Source: Vicugna vicugna
Lineage: Eukaryota
Reading direction: 5' to 3'
Assembly: GCA_013265495.1 (NCBI GenBank)
Contig: MU058636.1
Coordinates: forward strand, 8,922,239 to 8,986,238
Length of the DNA stretch: 64,000 bases
This document shows, one piece after another, positions 24,924-37,649 of the stretch; within the stretch, counting starts at the first letter, position 1; every line of letters begins with the position of its first letter. Under the pieces are notes generated by a model that did not search any database, had not been told where the DNA came from, and saw only the letters and a list, made by a program, of their open reading frames with translations. Position numbers and translations under genes: made by a program.

Positions 24924-25319
24924 TAACTCATTCTACAGTGTTTGAGTACCTACTCTCTGTAAGAAAGGCTAACCACGTGGAAGCGAGGATGGCTAAGACA
25001 TCCCTGCCCTGGCACCCTGAAGAATTGGCAGGGTTGCAAAGTTTATGAAGTACTTCTGATACTAAGGAAGCCAAATAAAGGTATAGCTGAATTTTTAAAG
25101 GTCCAGTGCCATAATTCCTAATGAGGAATTTAATGTTTTATTCTTAAAATTAGATAGAGAAGAGTATATTATTCAGACCACAGACTCTGGGAACTTACTA
25201 CATCTGGCCGTATCTGCCCGGAATTTACTGTGATATCTCAAGTAAAACATTTCCAGACTCATTTGCTTACCTATAAATTATAAGTGTAACTTGGGTTGAA
25301 AATAATGCTGATTTTTTTT

Positions 25320-25510
25320 ATGCTTATTATATGTGAAGTTCTTCTCTGAGGGCTATGTTAGCTCATTTAATTCTCACAACAGTCTTATCAGATGTGACTA
25401 TTTTTTCCCACTTGCAAGAGATGAAGAGACTGAGGCACAAAGTGCTTAAACAAGTATTGAAAGCTCACACGGCAAACCAGTGGTCTAGACCGAGATAGGG
25501 CATCTGGTTG
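25320..25510 (-). mobile_element. MIR
   Basis: ctcatttaattctcacaacagtctta...gatgaagagactgaggcacaaag. Confidence 0.7.
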
Positions 25511-26949
25511 TCTCTGGCTGAGGACTAGTCATGATAACACAAACCGATAGACATGTAACTCGTAGCCATTCAAGTGATTCTCTAATAATACGTCAGGTCA
25601 ACACTGCAGTGATGACCAACGGATACATCGTAGCCTATGACAGTCACAGTATTTCTTCCTTCAGTGTTAACCACATACAATACATTTTATAAGAGTTCCT
25701 TGCCTCCTCAGACATATAGGATATACAATATACATATGTACATAGAAACAAAATAATTGATAACTTGTTTCAAAAAAGAAGAGAGGGTATTTCAGTAATT
25801 GCCGTAAGTGGAACAAACTCTAATTGAGCATCAACATAGACTAAGATACTTTAGTCCTTCAATATTCTTACTAATAAATTCTATTTATTATTGATTTGTG
25901 TGCCTATTCATTTGGGTCTTATATTCATTTAATTTGTTTACTTCTCTTCAGTCTTCCATGAGATTGCAAGCACATTGAGGGTTTGGATTAAATTTCACGA
26001 GTCAGTTGCTCACACAACAGTTCCAAATGTTAAATATGGAAAAAAAAAATACTCCAGCGTCAGAATAATGAAATTGTTAACTTTATAAAATAAATTGCAA
26101 AAGAGATGCTTAATTTAATGGCAAATAAGCCAGTTTTAATAAAAGCAAGCTGTTTCCTAAGCAGTTGTCATGCTATTTTTAATAGAACCAAAATAACTAT
26201 GACTTGACACAAATCAGGGATTCATGCATGTGCATATTTACAGTTGTGCACATAAGGTACCTCAGTAATAATCTGATCTATAAAACCAGCGTCACACTCT
26301 TTAATTAGGGACACATGGTAAGGTACAAATAGGGGAAAAACACCAGAAAAAAGATATATGTTATCTTGGAGGATTAAGATTGACCAAACAGCAGTAATTT
26401 CATTTTGCAATATCTTTTGTCTCCTAAAGGCATTAATAGATGTGTCAAGCCAGTATTTCCATAATGATGGAGAAAGAAATAATTATGAATTTAAAGATAA
26501 CTATGTTATAGTTATATATTTTTGCCTTAAATTCTGAACAAAAGAAAGAATGACGTATAAGCTATGGCGATGAAATGTCTTAAGAACAAACTCTCATGTT
26601 CTGCATTGTATCTCTACGTTAAATCTAAATGGTTCAAATCAAAATCACTTAATACTGTACAAAGTGCACATCAGGAGTTGCTCATACTAATCAGAAACTA
26701 TTACTTGAAAAATTTGGAAACTGGAAAATTCTTAAGACTCATCCAACCGTGGGGAAAACTCCTAGTGACTCCATGATGTCCACACATCGAGTGGGAATGT
26801 CAGACTTGAACTAGTCCATCACCCGTCTTCTCTTCTCTTCCAGTGTTAATGGTAAAGAACTGGTATGATTTTATTTAAGTCAGGCTAAAAACAAATCTAA
26901 ATGATCTTTTCCAACATTATTTGGGGAGAACATATATTGCAGGAGACTC

Positions 26950-27180
26950 AATTTACTGATTACCTCAAAGTCAGGGAGGAAGTTATCTCTGGGGTGGAGA
27001 GAGAGGGAGCATGACGTATCAGGGGCAAGTACACAGAGGCTTCAAAAATACTGATACTGCTTGTGTTATGTATTCATTTCAGCAATGTGCCTTGTAAGTG
27101 TTCCTTTTGTTTTACTTCTTTAAACTGTACATGTGTGCTAGGTGTGACATATTCACAATAAAAAATTAAGATTAAAATGA
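26950..27180 (+). mobile_element. L1ME-type 3' end relic
   Basis: agttatctctggggtggagagagagggag...ctttaaactgtacatgtgtgc...tattcacaataaaaa. Confidence 0.5.
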
Positions 27181-27364
27181 TTTAAAAATCATTGAATGAA
27201 ATGAAAAAATAAAAATAAAATAAAATCACTGAATGAACATATTTTGGCATCCTATATGTCCTTTGTTAGCTTAAATATCTGTCTTTGATAATGACAGTGT
27301 AAATTATTTTATATTTCTCGTGGTACAATAAAATTCTTTATATTTTCTGGATGTTAGTCCTTAA

Positions 27365-27830
27365 TCTGTTTTAATTAGGATAAAGTTCTGCTTCAAATAA
27401 CATTTTTTAAAAAAGCAAATAACAGTGGGTTAAAAAGTATAGAAGTTTGTTTTTCTCACATTAAAAAAAATATTTTGGATGCAGGCAACTCAGAAATGAC
27501 GTGATAGTATTGCTCATTTTCTCAGGGACCCAGGCTTCCTCCAGCTTCCTATACCATGAATGCTAGGCTGTGGCCTTTCTGTTCATAATATGAGATAGAA
27601 CTTCAGCATCCCATCCCAGTTCTAAGCCACTACATTATATGAGTGAAATAAGATGAAAGGAAAAGCTGTACTATGGTTCTGTTCACACCCCATTGGCCAG
27701 ATCTTGGTCACATGGTCATACTTTCTTGCAAGGGAGGTTGGGAAATGTAGTCTTCATTCTGACAGCCACGTTGCCCAGCTGAACATCTTATTTTCTATGA
27801 AAGAAGAGAAAAAATGCAGAGTGGCTTGAG
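27365..27830 (-). mobile_element. MaLR LTR, MLT1J/K-like
   Basis: aacagtgggttaaaaagtatagaagtttgtttttctcaca; cccattggccagatcttggtcacatggtcatac; gggaggttgggaaatgtagtct. Confidence 0.75.
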
Positions 27831-28610
27831 AATAATGTGGCAATATTGACCATAAGAAATAGTGCCTGATTATTCTGTTTACATATTTAAAAACTTTTTC
27901 TCTCTTAATTTTGAGTTTGTCAAACTAGAAAATTTCTCTGCTGATCTATGCCTTCTATCTTTTTAAATATTCAAATTCATAGACTAAATATGTTTTTCAA
28001 AGACCATTCAGTATAGCCTGTTCTTTCCAAAAAACTCAATTTTATTTTAATATAATAAATTAAAAGGGGAAATATAAGCAAATAAAATCAATATATTGGC
28101 CATTTTTGTTAAAATATTATTTCTCTAAATTAAAGTGTAATGCTTGTATAAATAATGTTACTACTTTTCTACCACTGATTTGTTAACTACATTGAGCATT
28201 TTAGGTAAATTTTGCTGTAAAAATATTAAATTTAAGTTAGGAGTGACATTTTCTTTCTTACTATTCATAATTTTACTTGAACAATGTTGAAAATTAAATT
28301 ATTATACTTTCCATTTCTTTCAGTAATTTATCTGAAATAGCGCATGTGAATGTTAATTTCAGAATATTGCAAAGAAAAATTATTTTCTTCATTCTATTTG
28401 TATACCTGACCAGAATTTTAAAATAATTTTAAAATATTTATTTAATAAAGCATGATTCTTTCTCAGTTATTATAAGCATTTCATACATATCTTTAAATTA
28501 ATAACCAAACGAAAAAATGTTGACTTATCCTTCATGCTGAACCTCAAATATTGGTAATAAGTCAAATCTTCTGTTTCACAAATAATAAGTTTTACATTTT
28601 TTGCCAACAT

Positions 28611-28616
<6 letters not shown>

Positions 28617-28651
<35 letters not shown>
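28617..28651. repeat. Compound (AT)12(AC)5 microsatellite
   Basis: Direct reading. Confidence 0.95.
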
Positions 28652-29279
28652 TACATGGTATAATATTTGTTAGTTAAAACAGACAGACGAACAATGGCAC
28701 AAAGAGAAACTGTAAGAAACAGAAGTATATTATGTACTTACTGATCTTTCTGGAATTGCTGTATCTGGCTGTTCCATAAAGTGACACATTAACACAGAGA
28801 AAGAAATTTTTAGGTATAAGTGGAAGATGTGGTGATACAAAACACGAATTGCTCACATACAGATTGAATCCGAAAATATTTTATTGGCAAACCTTCCTTT
28901 GAAACTTGCTCAGAGAGTCTTGCAGCTGAATTCTGGGGTCACCTACTAACACCTAACTTGGGGATTCTCAGTCTGAGGTCAGAGACTTCTCTTTCAAGGG
29001 CAAAAGAGATTTACTCTCAGCTGCAAATCAGATTGTCATTTAGCACAAAGATATTATTAGGAGCTGTTTGCCCAAGTGTAAAGGTAGTTAGAGGGAAAAA
29101 CCTTTTTTGTGTGTGTGTTTGCTCTGTGTCCCTCTTCCCACTGTGGTATTTCAGGTCACCTCCCAGGCTTAGGTAAGCCTCTGATGAAGACCCCACCTGG
29201 TGGTTACAGCCAGGAAGGCTTGTCTGCAGCTTGACATGGTGACGAAGGCTGCTCTGTACTTGGCTGAATGCAACTGTGA

Positions 29280-29480
29280 CTTGGAGCAAGGGCTCTGGCG
29301 TCAGGTGGATTGGCTCCAAATCCTAGCTGCGCCACATAGCAGCTGTGTAAACCTGGGCAGGTTAATTAACCTCTCGGTGCTCAGTAAACTATTTGCATCT
29401 TTGGGTGTGATTATAAGGGTGACATACTAAAACCAGGAATAGAAGTAGAAGCCTTGCATGCATCAAGCCCTCAAAAAATA
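29280..29480 (+). mobile_element. MIR
   Basis: ggctctggcgtcagg...aaatcctagctgcgccacatagcagctgtgtaaacctgggcaggttaattaacctctc. Confidence 0.75.
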
Positions 29481-29789
29481 TGTACCATCATCACATATTT
29501 TATGTTAATAAAGATGTGTGTGTAAGTATATGCATAAAAAATGACATGTAAGAAGAGAGTGGGGTAGGTCCATTGGAAATTGGAATTGTTCAAGGCCAAA
29601 ATACTAAGGAGAAGAGAGTGACGGAGATCCTAGTCAATTTCTTAAAAACTGTTATGATATTACTGCACTGGTTACTTTCACTTCACGCCTGATGATTCTG
29701 ATCACCAGGTCTGAGTTGTGACCATAGATTTATAAGTGATTTTTAAATTCCCTAAGAATCAAGCAGCACATGATCCGTGGGCAATATTC

Positions 29790-30200
29790 TGATTCCAGTC
29801 CAGCATTTCAACCTCCTCTCTCTTCACATCAACTTCTTGCTGTTTCTTCAACACACCATGCTTGTTTCCCACATCTGGGAGTTTGCATGAGCTGTTGTTC
29901 TTACCTAAATATTCTTCATCTAACTATGAAGTCTTGCTCTTGTTTTAATACCGAGCTCAACCATATGTCCTTCCCGTACTGAAGAAGGTCAGCAGTTCTC
30001 TACTCTGAGATCCCCCAGCGCTTTCCGCAAGCTCGCTGCATCCCTTATCCTACCTCGTGTGATTGTCTTTCATCCCCAGAAGGTCACTGGACTGTTAAGC
30101 TCTTTGATGGCAGCTGTTGCTCATTTTTTTTTCCTCTGGTGCCTAGCACACTGCCCGCTATAGAGCAAGTGCTCAAAGAATGATTGTAATGATTGAATAA
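29790..30200 (+). mobile_element. L2 3' region
   Basis: Ends cactggactgttaagctctttgatggcag...gtgcctagcacactgcc...aagtgctcaaagaatgattg, the L2 terminus. Confidence 0.7.
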
Positions 30201-32269
30201 ACTTAACCTCCTTACGTAAGGCTGAGACATACAGATAACTTTAGTACGCAAGATCTAGACCCTCAGAATAAAATGCTAAGTTCATGTCAAGTATTACAGA
30301 ATCTCAGAAGAAAGAGAAGAGAATGCTCTATTAACACGTAATGACATTCCAAGGTATTTCTTGTGCAGAAACACTGTCACATACTGCAAAGGAGCTAGAA
30401 AAACATGAGATGACTCTTGCTTCTCTAAATTTACAATCAAGTTAGGGAGACAAGAACAGTAAATACTGTTCAAGATGAAATTTGGAGGTTTACAGAAGTC
30501 TGGAGATGGGGAAACCATATAAATCATAAAGCTAAATTAGCATAAGCAAAGATAACTTTCTTGAGGAGGTGAGACTAGCATTTGATGTCAAAAAAGACAG
30601 TGTTTGTACAGCATCGGGGGAAAACAGATGGTTTTCGAGATGTGCGAAGTAAGGAAAAGCAAAGGGAGGCTGGTGTGTTTGGGAACTGCTGAAACCGAGC
30701 CCAGATTGCATGTTAGGAAGCCGTGGGAAATCATGGCAGATCAGCAGGTGGGGCCAGATTCTAATGAGGCTTTTAAAGTTACTAACCGCTAACTAAAGTT
30801 TGAGATTTTTATGGTAACTGAAGCAAATGATTGATTGATGAAGGGGGGGGGAAAAAAGCATTGCGCTGATTAAATGTTGACCATTATAATTTTCTGTGCA
30901 ACAGCTGTTCCTGAAATTGCAGTAATTCAAAACGAAAAATAGACACTGTTGTTCTGAAATAGCTTGGACTATTTGGAACCCTGTAGCCTGAGTGCATGCT
31001 ATGTGGTTTTGCTAAGAACATGATGGGGTAAGGGTTCCTTTTTTTTTTTTTCCATTTTTTCATAATGACTCGTTCTATGGATTGAGAATTCAAACTGAGC
31101 AACAATTTCACAGTCAGAGTTGGAGTGTGGGTTGTAGAAAGTTGCAGAAGCACTTTTCCAAAGACACGAAAACTCCTCCCTGCTGGCTAATTACATTTCC
31201 TAATGAGAATACCTGAAAAACATCCATTGCCCAAACTACTTTTCTGACTAATGCAAATCCATCTATTATCAACTCATTATTTATAGTGTATTACTTGCTG
31301 ATGGTTATTTTACCAAAAAAAAAAAAGTTTAGCCATGAAGTTTGACAGTCTATTTTTACTTCAAGATAAACATTTACGAAACTAACCACATCGTGTAAAC
31401 ACTTGAGGTAGGAATAATCCATGAAAATAATTAACAGTTAACTCCCGGTTACTTATTATTTTCTACCCCAGATAAACAGTTTATTTCAAGGTCATCATTT
31501 TAGCCTCTTGGCTTAGTCATCTCTATAATGTCAAATAAATCACGTTATAATTCAACATTAATACACTAGGCATCCTTGTTTACTTACTGGCATATCATCT
31601 CTGCACCTCTAATTTATTTTAGACTATTTTGCCTTATCAAGAGATTTGGACATCATCCCATAGTAGATACTTGAAAACAGAGAGAAACCAAAAAGATCAC
31701 AACCTACGTTTTAGGAATATAATGCTGGTAGCAGTAGAAAGATGAATCAGAGGGCAAGGGGAGAGATTTAAAGGAAGAGGGACCACTCACAAAATAAATG
31801 GTTAGGGCAGGAACAGATTGTACAAGAAATAGAAGAAACAGATTGAAGAGCACTCTAAGGGTTGAATGGGACTTGTTTGGGGACAAATTGAATCAACAGG
31901 TACATATAAAATGACCTATCAGTAGTGCCATCCCAGACATGTTTGCTAAGGGTGAAAACGGAGCTCTCTGGGTTACTATAAGGAGAGAATGGCAGAGGCT
32001 TCTCTGAGTAGCAGGTTGCTATAGCAACAGCATCATGTCAAGGGCAAATGAGTCCCATCGTCTCCACTGGTGACCAGCAGAGGTTTTCAGAAGCCTGAAA
32101 ATGTATTAACATCCTGGACCAACTGGTTTTTGTTTTTTTTTTAACATAAAAGTGATCATCAAGTGGATATCATAAACATGGTTAGGACATGAATATAAAC
32201 ACTAGCTCATCTAATCAAATCTGGTAGTGAAACAAGTTTTATGTGAAATTGCACCCCTTAAACCTTCTA

Positions 32270-32705
32270 CTCTAAGCAAGTATAGTGGCCTAACATCCCT
32301 GTACTTTTACATTCCTCGTCTGTAAGGCAGAATAATAGTTATAACTACCTCCTAAGCTGGTAATACAAGGGGCTTAGGAAGTGCACTGCTAAGTAAAATG
32401 TAAATGCTAGCTATTACTAGCCATTACCATCATCTTCGCCTAAGTCCGCAGCATAATGTAGGAGCTAAAATCATGAGCTCTGAGAACAGAATGTTTTTGC
32501 TTATTTATTTTAATCTGACACATTGTAGCTACGTGAACTTGGGCACATTGTCTAACCTCTCTGTGCTTCAGTTTTCTCACTTATAAAATGGGAAATACTC
32601 ATTGTACCTACCTCACAGAGCTGTTACGTGGATTAAATGAATGAACATTTGTAAAGTACTTACATGGGTGTCTGGCACATAGTGAAGTATTCATTAAATA
32701 AACAA
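32270..32705 (+). mobile_element. Two adjacent MIR copies
   Basis: gtgaacttgggcacattgtctaacctctctgtgcttcagttttctcacttataaaatggg...ctggcacatagtgaag; a more degenerate copy lies at 32270-32410. Confidence 0.75.
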
Positions 32706-32859
32706 GCAAATGTAAATTTTAAAGTAAGATTCCTCCTGTTCCAGCATTTTCATAATAGCTGTCCTTTTTTAGTAGTTTTTGTGAAAATCTAATTTGCTCT
32801 TACACTTTTCTATGGCTTCTGAATTTAAAGAAAGCAAAAAGCCAGGCAGAAAAGATCGA

Positions 32860-33065
32860 ACTAAAATTTATTGGATTTATACTTTGTTCAAGGCACTCTT
32901 GGAATTATTGTGTCATTTAATCTTCACAAAAACCACATGAAGTATTTTTTATTTACAGCCTGCTACAGATAAGAAAAGGGACCCAGAAAACTGAGATAAC
33001 CCAGTGCTTCACAGGTGATAAATGTTGAAGCCTGAATGTAAATCCATGTTTCATTGATTCTAATA
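32860..33065 (-). mobile_element. MIR
   Basis: tcatttaatcttcacaaaaacc...tacagataagaaaagggacccagaaa. Confidence 0.6.
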
Positions 33066-34789
33066 TTAATAGCCTTTAAATTATACACAGAATTTAAGTT
33101 TAAAGTAAATAGTAATTATTAACAAATAATTATAATTACTGATTATAATCATGTGGTCTTTTATTCTCATTTTATTCTAATCAAACCTTACATTTTTCAT
33201 TGTTAACATTTTTTCTATACATTGTAAAATACATCAAATTATCCACTTGTTATATCATTCCAGGGTAGGGAGGTATAGTGTTCTGCACAAAAGAGAAGTT
33301 TAATGGTTAGTTCATGATTGATTGACTGATTAATGGTGGATTTAATTGGAAATATATCCTAAACCATGACTTTAAAAGCCCACAAAAATATATAAATATA
33401 TGCAATTTTCTGCCATAACCATATCATTTTCTTTTTTCAAACTACAGAATACTAATTCTTTATCTTACAAAAATTATTTGTATCACTTTACATCTAATAG
33501 TTTATTGGGTTTTAAGATGATGGTGAGATTGCTTTATGGCCTTTTAGACACAGAAGACATCCATTAAAATTATTTTTAAGGAATTGATGTGTGCCTCAAA
33601 CTTCAAAGTTCATCCCATTTAAAGCAGAATGGTGGCCTCCATCCTGGACTTAAGATGGATGAAGTATTTGAAATCCACAAAATCCGCTATTTCATTTTCC
33701 ATTCTCACCAAACTTAGACTTAGTAAAAATGAATTCATCTGCTATTTTCAGGTTAATTTTCAGTTCAGCATTTTGTCAAATTATATTTCTAGCTGGAGTT
33801 CCCAATTGCACAGAAGCAGTGATTTCCATATCAAAGTTTAAAGGAAAAGAGAAACACATTTGCAGAGGGCAAGAAAAGAAAATAATTACTGCTCTTAGTC
33901 ATTCCTCAAGGGCCAAGGACAAAATGGAAGTGATTTTAGATGTGGATGAAAAGGCAAAATGTGGTTCTTCTTTGTCCCTGCTATGCATTCGTTACAAAGC
34001 AATCTAAAAACACTACGGGGTCAGAGAGAAGAAACAGGGGTGCCAGAAGGGTATTTTCTCTTTTCAAGTTCAAGCACTTTATAACTTCTATTAGCTAACT
34101 TTTAGAAAATCCAATTAAGATATTTTCCACCTGCAGATCTGTTTAGTGAGTAGTTACGTTTTTCTGTTCAGATCATCTTAACATATCCTTAAAATGGAAG
34201 CAGTGTATCCACGGACTGTTTTCAACAACGCAGCACAACATTGACGACCACAAGCCCTCAAAGGTAATTAAACTCCTTAAAACAAGTACAGAGTTCAGTG
34301 TGCTGGTGTCTGTATTTCCACCTATCATTCTGACAAGACAGAGCATCTCCGTAAAAATAACCCAAACCTTAATCTGTTACATGTATGAGCTAGTGAATAC
34401 AGCTTTTGGGGAAAAATAATAATAGAAAACGAACCTCACGCAGACTCATGGTTAGCTAGCACGGCGTGCCTACAGTTTGTGACGCTGAAAACGTGTCTTG
34501 ATCATTCCTGTTTCAATAGGTGATAACTTCTTTTAGAGACGTTTGAGCAAGTTCAGGAGTATCTTTGACTTACACAGAAAAAGATTAACACGTGTGTAAT
34601 CAGAGACAGAGGAAAGGCTGAAATGTCGTCGAAAAATTCAGCATGAGAAACAGAAGTTCTGTGTCTTCAAGCATAACTTAGTGTATTTCTCCTAGAGATG
34701 AACAAAAGGAAATATACTTGGGTGGGTGGGGTTTAAATTTGTTGTAAGGAGAAGTATTTTTAACAAAATGCATGTTGAACATGCAAGAG

Positions 34790-35278
34790 ATGTTCTATTT
34801 TCCCTCACTTGCCCACACTCTATTTTCATCCATCGTGCCCTCTGCCCTGGGAGGATGAGCTCCATGAATTGCATACACAGGCTCCCTCTGCTTCCAATCA
34901 GATTTGGCCCCTGGAACGTATTAGCAGATCTGCACGTGGAAGGAGAGTGAGATTCTAGTATGTATACTCCAGCTCCCCTTTGCCAGGCTGCAGGTTGGCA
35001 ATGGTTCTGTCGCATTACCAAAGGCCAGCACACCTGTTCAGCATCCCTCTCCTATAACCAGAGCCACACTGGGAGCAACAGTGACATTTTTTCATGGATT
35101 TCAAAATGCATTCACTTCAAGTCTAGGATGCTAAGAACTTCCTGCTATTGCTAGTCCCGAAGTACGTCATCCCTTGCTGGTTTTCTTTGGCCCAGCCCGC
35201 ATGTTTGCAAATAGTTCCTTTATTAATCTTCACTTAATGACCCCATTTGAGGGTGCCATCTTTTCTACTGACAAATAC
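34790..35278 (+). mobile_element. ERVL LTR, LTR33-like
   Basis: gccctctgccctgggaggatgagctccatgaattgcat...tttgcaaatagttcctttattaa...ccatttgagggtgccatctttt. Confidence 0.7.
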
Positions 35279-36229
35279 ATGGAGAACATAAATGCATTTC
35301 CAGTGTTAAATTTTCAATCTCTTCCTTTAGCTACCAAAGAAATTAAAATGTCTTTAAAGCAATTTAAATGTTTTTTTAGGTTCAGAGATAACAGGCAATT
35401 CCACTGGATTAGGTAAGGCTGGTAGACAATGATAATTTAATATTCAAAGTTTAATATTTTCTTTATGAGAGTAGAAAAGTGTTTCACAATTCGGTAAGTT
35501 ATTACGTCAAGAGAAACACACTCAGGCAATGTTTATAGAACCTCAGTCAGGGAACTATGAAATTTCCTCATTGTATGCTTTTGATTGAGTGTTATGCCCT
35601 AATTATAAATATTTCAAATAGTCATATCTCTCACTTTCTTTCGAGTTTGAAACATGATATTTACTTATTACACCATCTTTTGAACAAAAGCAAAATTATA
35701 TACTGATACTACCATATTTTGAGTCTTCATCCATATGTTAATGTTCACATAGGTATCAAAGAATGAGTTTTGATTTTAAGGCCCATGACAGCAAAGTCCT
35801 ATAATGATCAGTTAGGCCATCTCTAGGGATGACAAGAATGTTCGTCTTCCATCCATTTTTGAATTTCCCACTCCTGTCATTTACTCCTGTCCCAACTGCT
35901 CAAAATCCTTTTCCTCTCACCTAAACACGATCGCTGAGTCAACCCAGTTTGAAACGGAAATGAGAATAGCAGACTGCTACACACGCTCTTCAGTGTCGCC
36001 CTCCCCAACTCCTCTTATCCAATGGGCACAACCACATGAACACACTTTACTTGCTAAACTCAACCATGATATTTTTACGTATTTGGCCAAAGGGCAAAGA
36101 TAATAATTTGTTGTTAAATTTAATATAAGCATGGAAAAGCTGACCCACCAAGCTTCTCACTCACGATGTATGTTTAAAGTGTTTGTATTTGAACAGATTG
36201 TAATGTTACTTTATACATAGACACAAGAC

Positions 36230-36370
36230 AGGGTCAGTATAGTGATTTCCCACATGATGAAATGGAGACTCGGAGAGAGCATGTGGGTTTCTCAAGGTTA
36301 AGTAACCAGTAAGCTCCAGAACCTGACCTTGAACTCAGATCTCTTAACTCTAGTTAACTGCTTTATTCAT
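36230..36370 (-). mobile_element. MIR fragment
   Basis: gatgaaatggagactcggagagag...ctcaaggttaagtaaccagtaag...cttgaactcagatct. Confidence 0.6.
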
Positions 36371-37649
36371 CACACCTTGTGAACACACTTTGATCAAGTA
36401 TAGTAGAAAAGCCATTAAACACTGAGTATCCAAATCAGGATAAACAGAGGAAGTGGAGACTGAGATCACCGATAGGACACAACGCCAGGTTCAGAACTTT
36501 TCCTGGGAGCAGCTTTATCTGAGGGGAGAAATGTCTGACAGGTGCATTCGTTGTCACTGCCATTAATCTCAAACGTTGAGTCCCAGCAGGTGCAAAAGAA
36601 AAGGAGGGAGTGGACATTCTTCTCCCAACATTCTGTCTTAGCATCTCCACCTTAATCTCTCCCAACAGAGAAGTGGGTTAGAGATAGAAATGAGTACCAT
36701 GAGTTCTTCTGTGACATGGGCTTCTGAGACCGTGTGCAACTTCCAACGACCCACGCTTCCAGCAGAGGTGCTCATATTCAAAGTTTACTCCTCTCTTATT
36801 TCATCAAGGTTACTGAACAAATTGTCCAGGAAGACCTGGATAAATTAAAGCAAATGATTACCTGATATGATATTAAGTAACGGTTGGATTTGATGCCTGG
36901 TTATTTTGTTTCACTGGCACGTGCATGCAGACTCCAAACCTCAATGGATGTTCCAAAATTTGACTTCATATTGTTTTCTTGATTCTCAGTGGAATTACTT
37001 CCTAAAAAAATGAATATAAAGATTCTTTTACTAGACTAACCTGCAAAATCTTACTGGGATCCATCCATAATTCAGCAAGGGAAAAAAAGGAAATACAATA
37101 TTTTCATTGTACTAGGAAATAAACCAAGTATAATATTAACTTGATGGAATTATCTTGAATGTGATGTTTGGACATACGTGGAGGCTTACTTCTATTCTTC
37201 AGTCATTGATTCATTCATCTGACATGTTTTGAGCACCTTTTATGTGATAATCACATATCAAAGATTTCAGAAACAAAGGAAAAGCTTTGATGATCTCAAT
37301 TGCTGATAAGCCACTAGACTGACGGGAAAAACTGAGGTGCAAATACACCAAAGTTCCAGCTTGAACTTCCTTCGAATACAATTGCGGTCATGTTAACACT
37401 AACCCTACAAATCCTGGGGCACTGAATACCACCATGTGCCAGCAGGACCTCAGAGCCTCTCTTCTTCCTGTTCATCCATCCCACCACGTGTGCCTCCACT
37501 CCCCGACCCGGCTCCATGACATATGGCTCCACTTTCTACTGTCTCCACTAACTCCCTCTTAAGGTCCCCAGGGACTATGTTGCCCCTGCCATTCGGTCTT
37601 GAGGAGCCAGGGCAAAGATGAGCCTCTACCCTTCACTCTGTGACAGGTA

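Noticed and set aside
22679..26865. Other + strand exon-like pieces (acceptor at 22679; 23638-23719; ~26843-26862)
   Set aside because: No consistent reading frame or recognisable product; they cannot be distinguished from background without RNA data.
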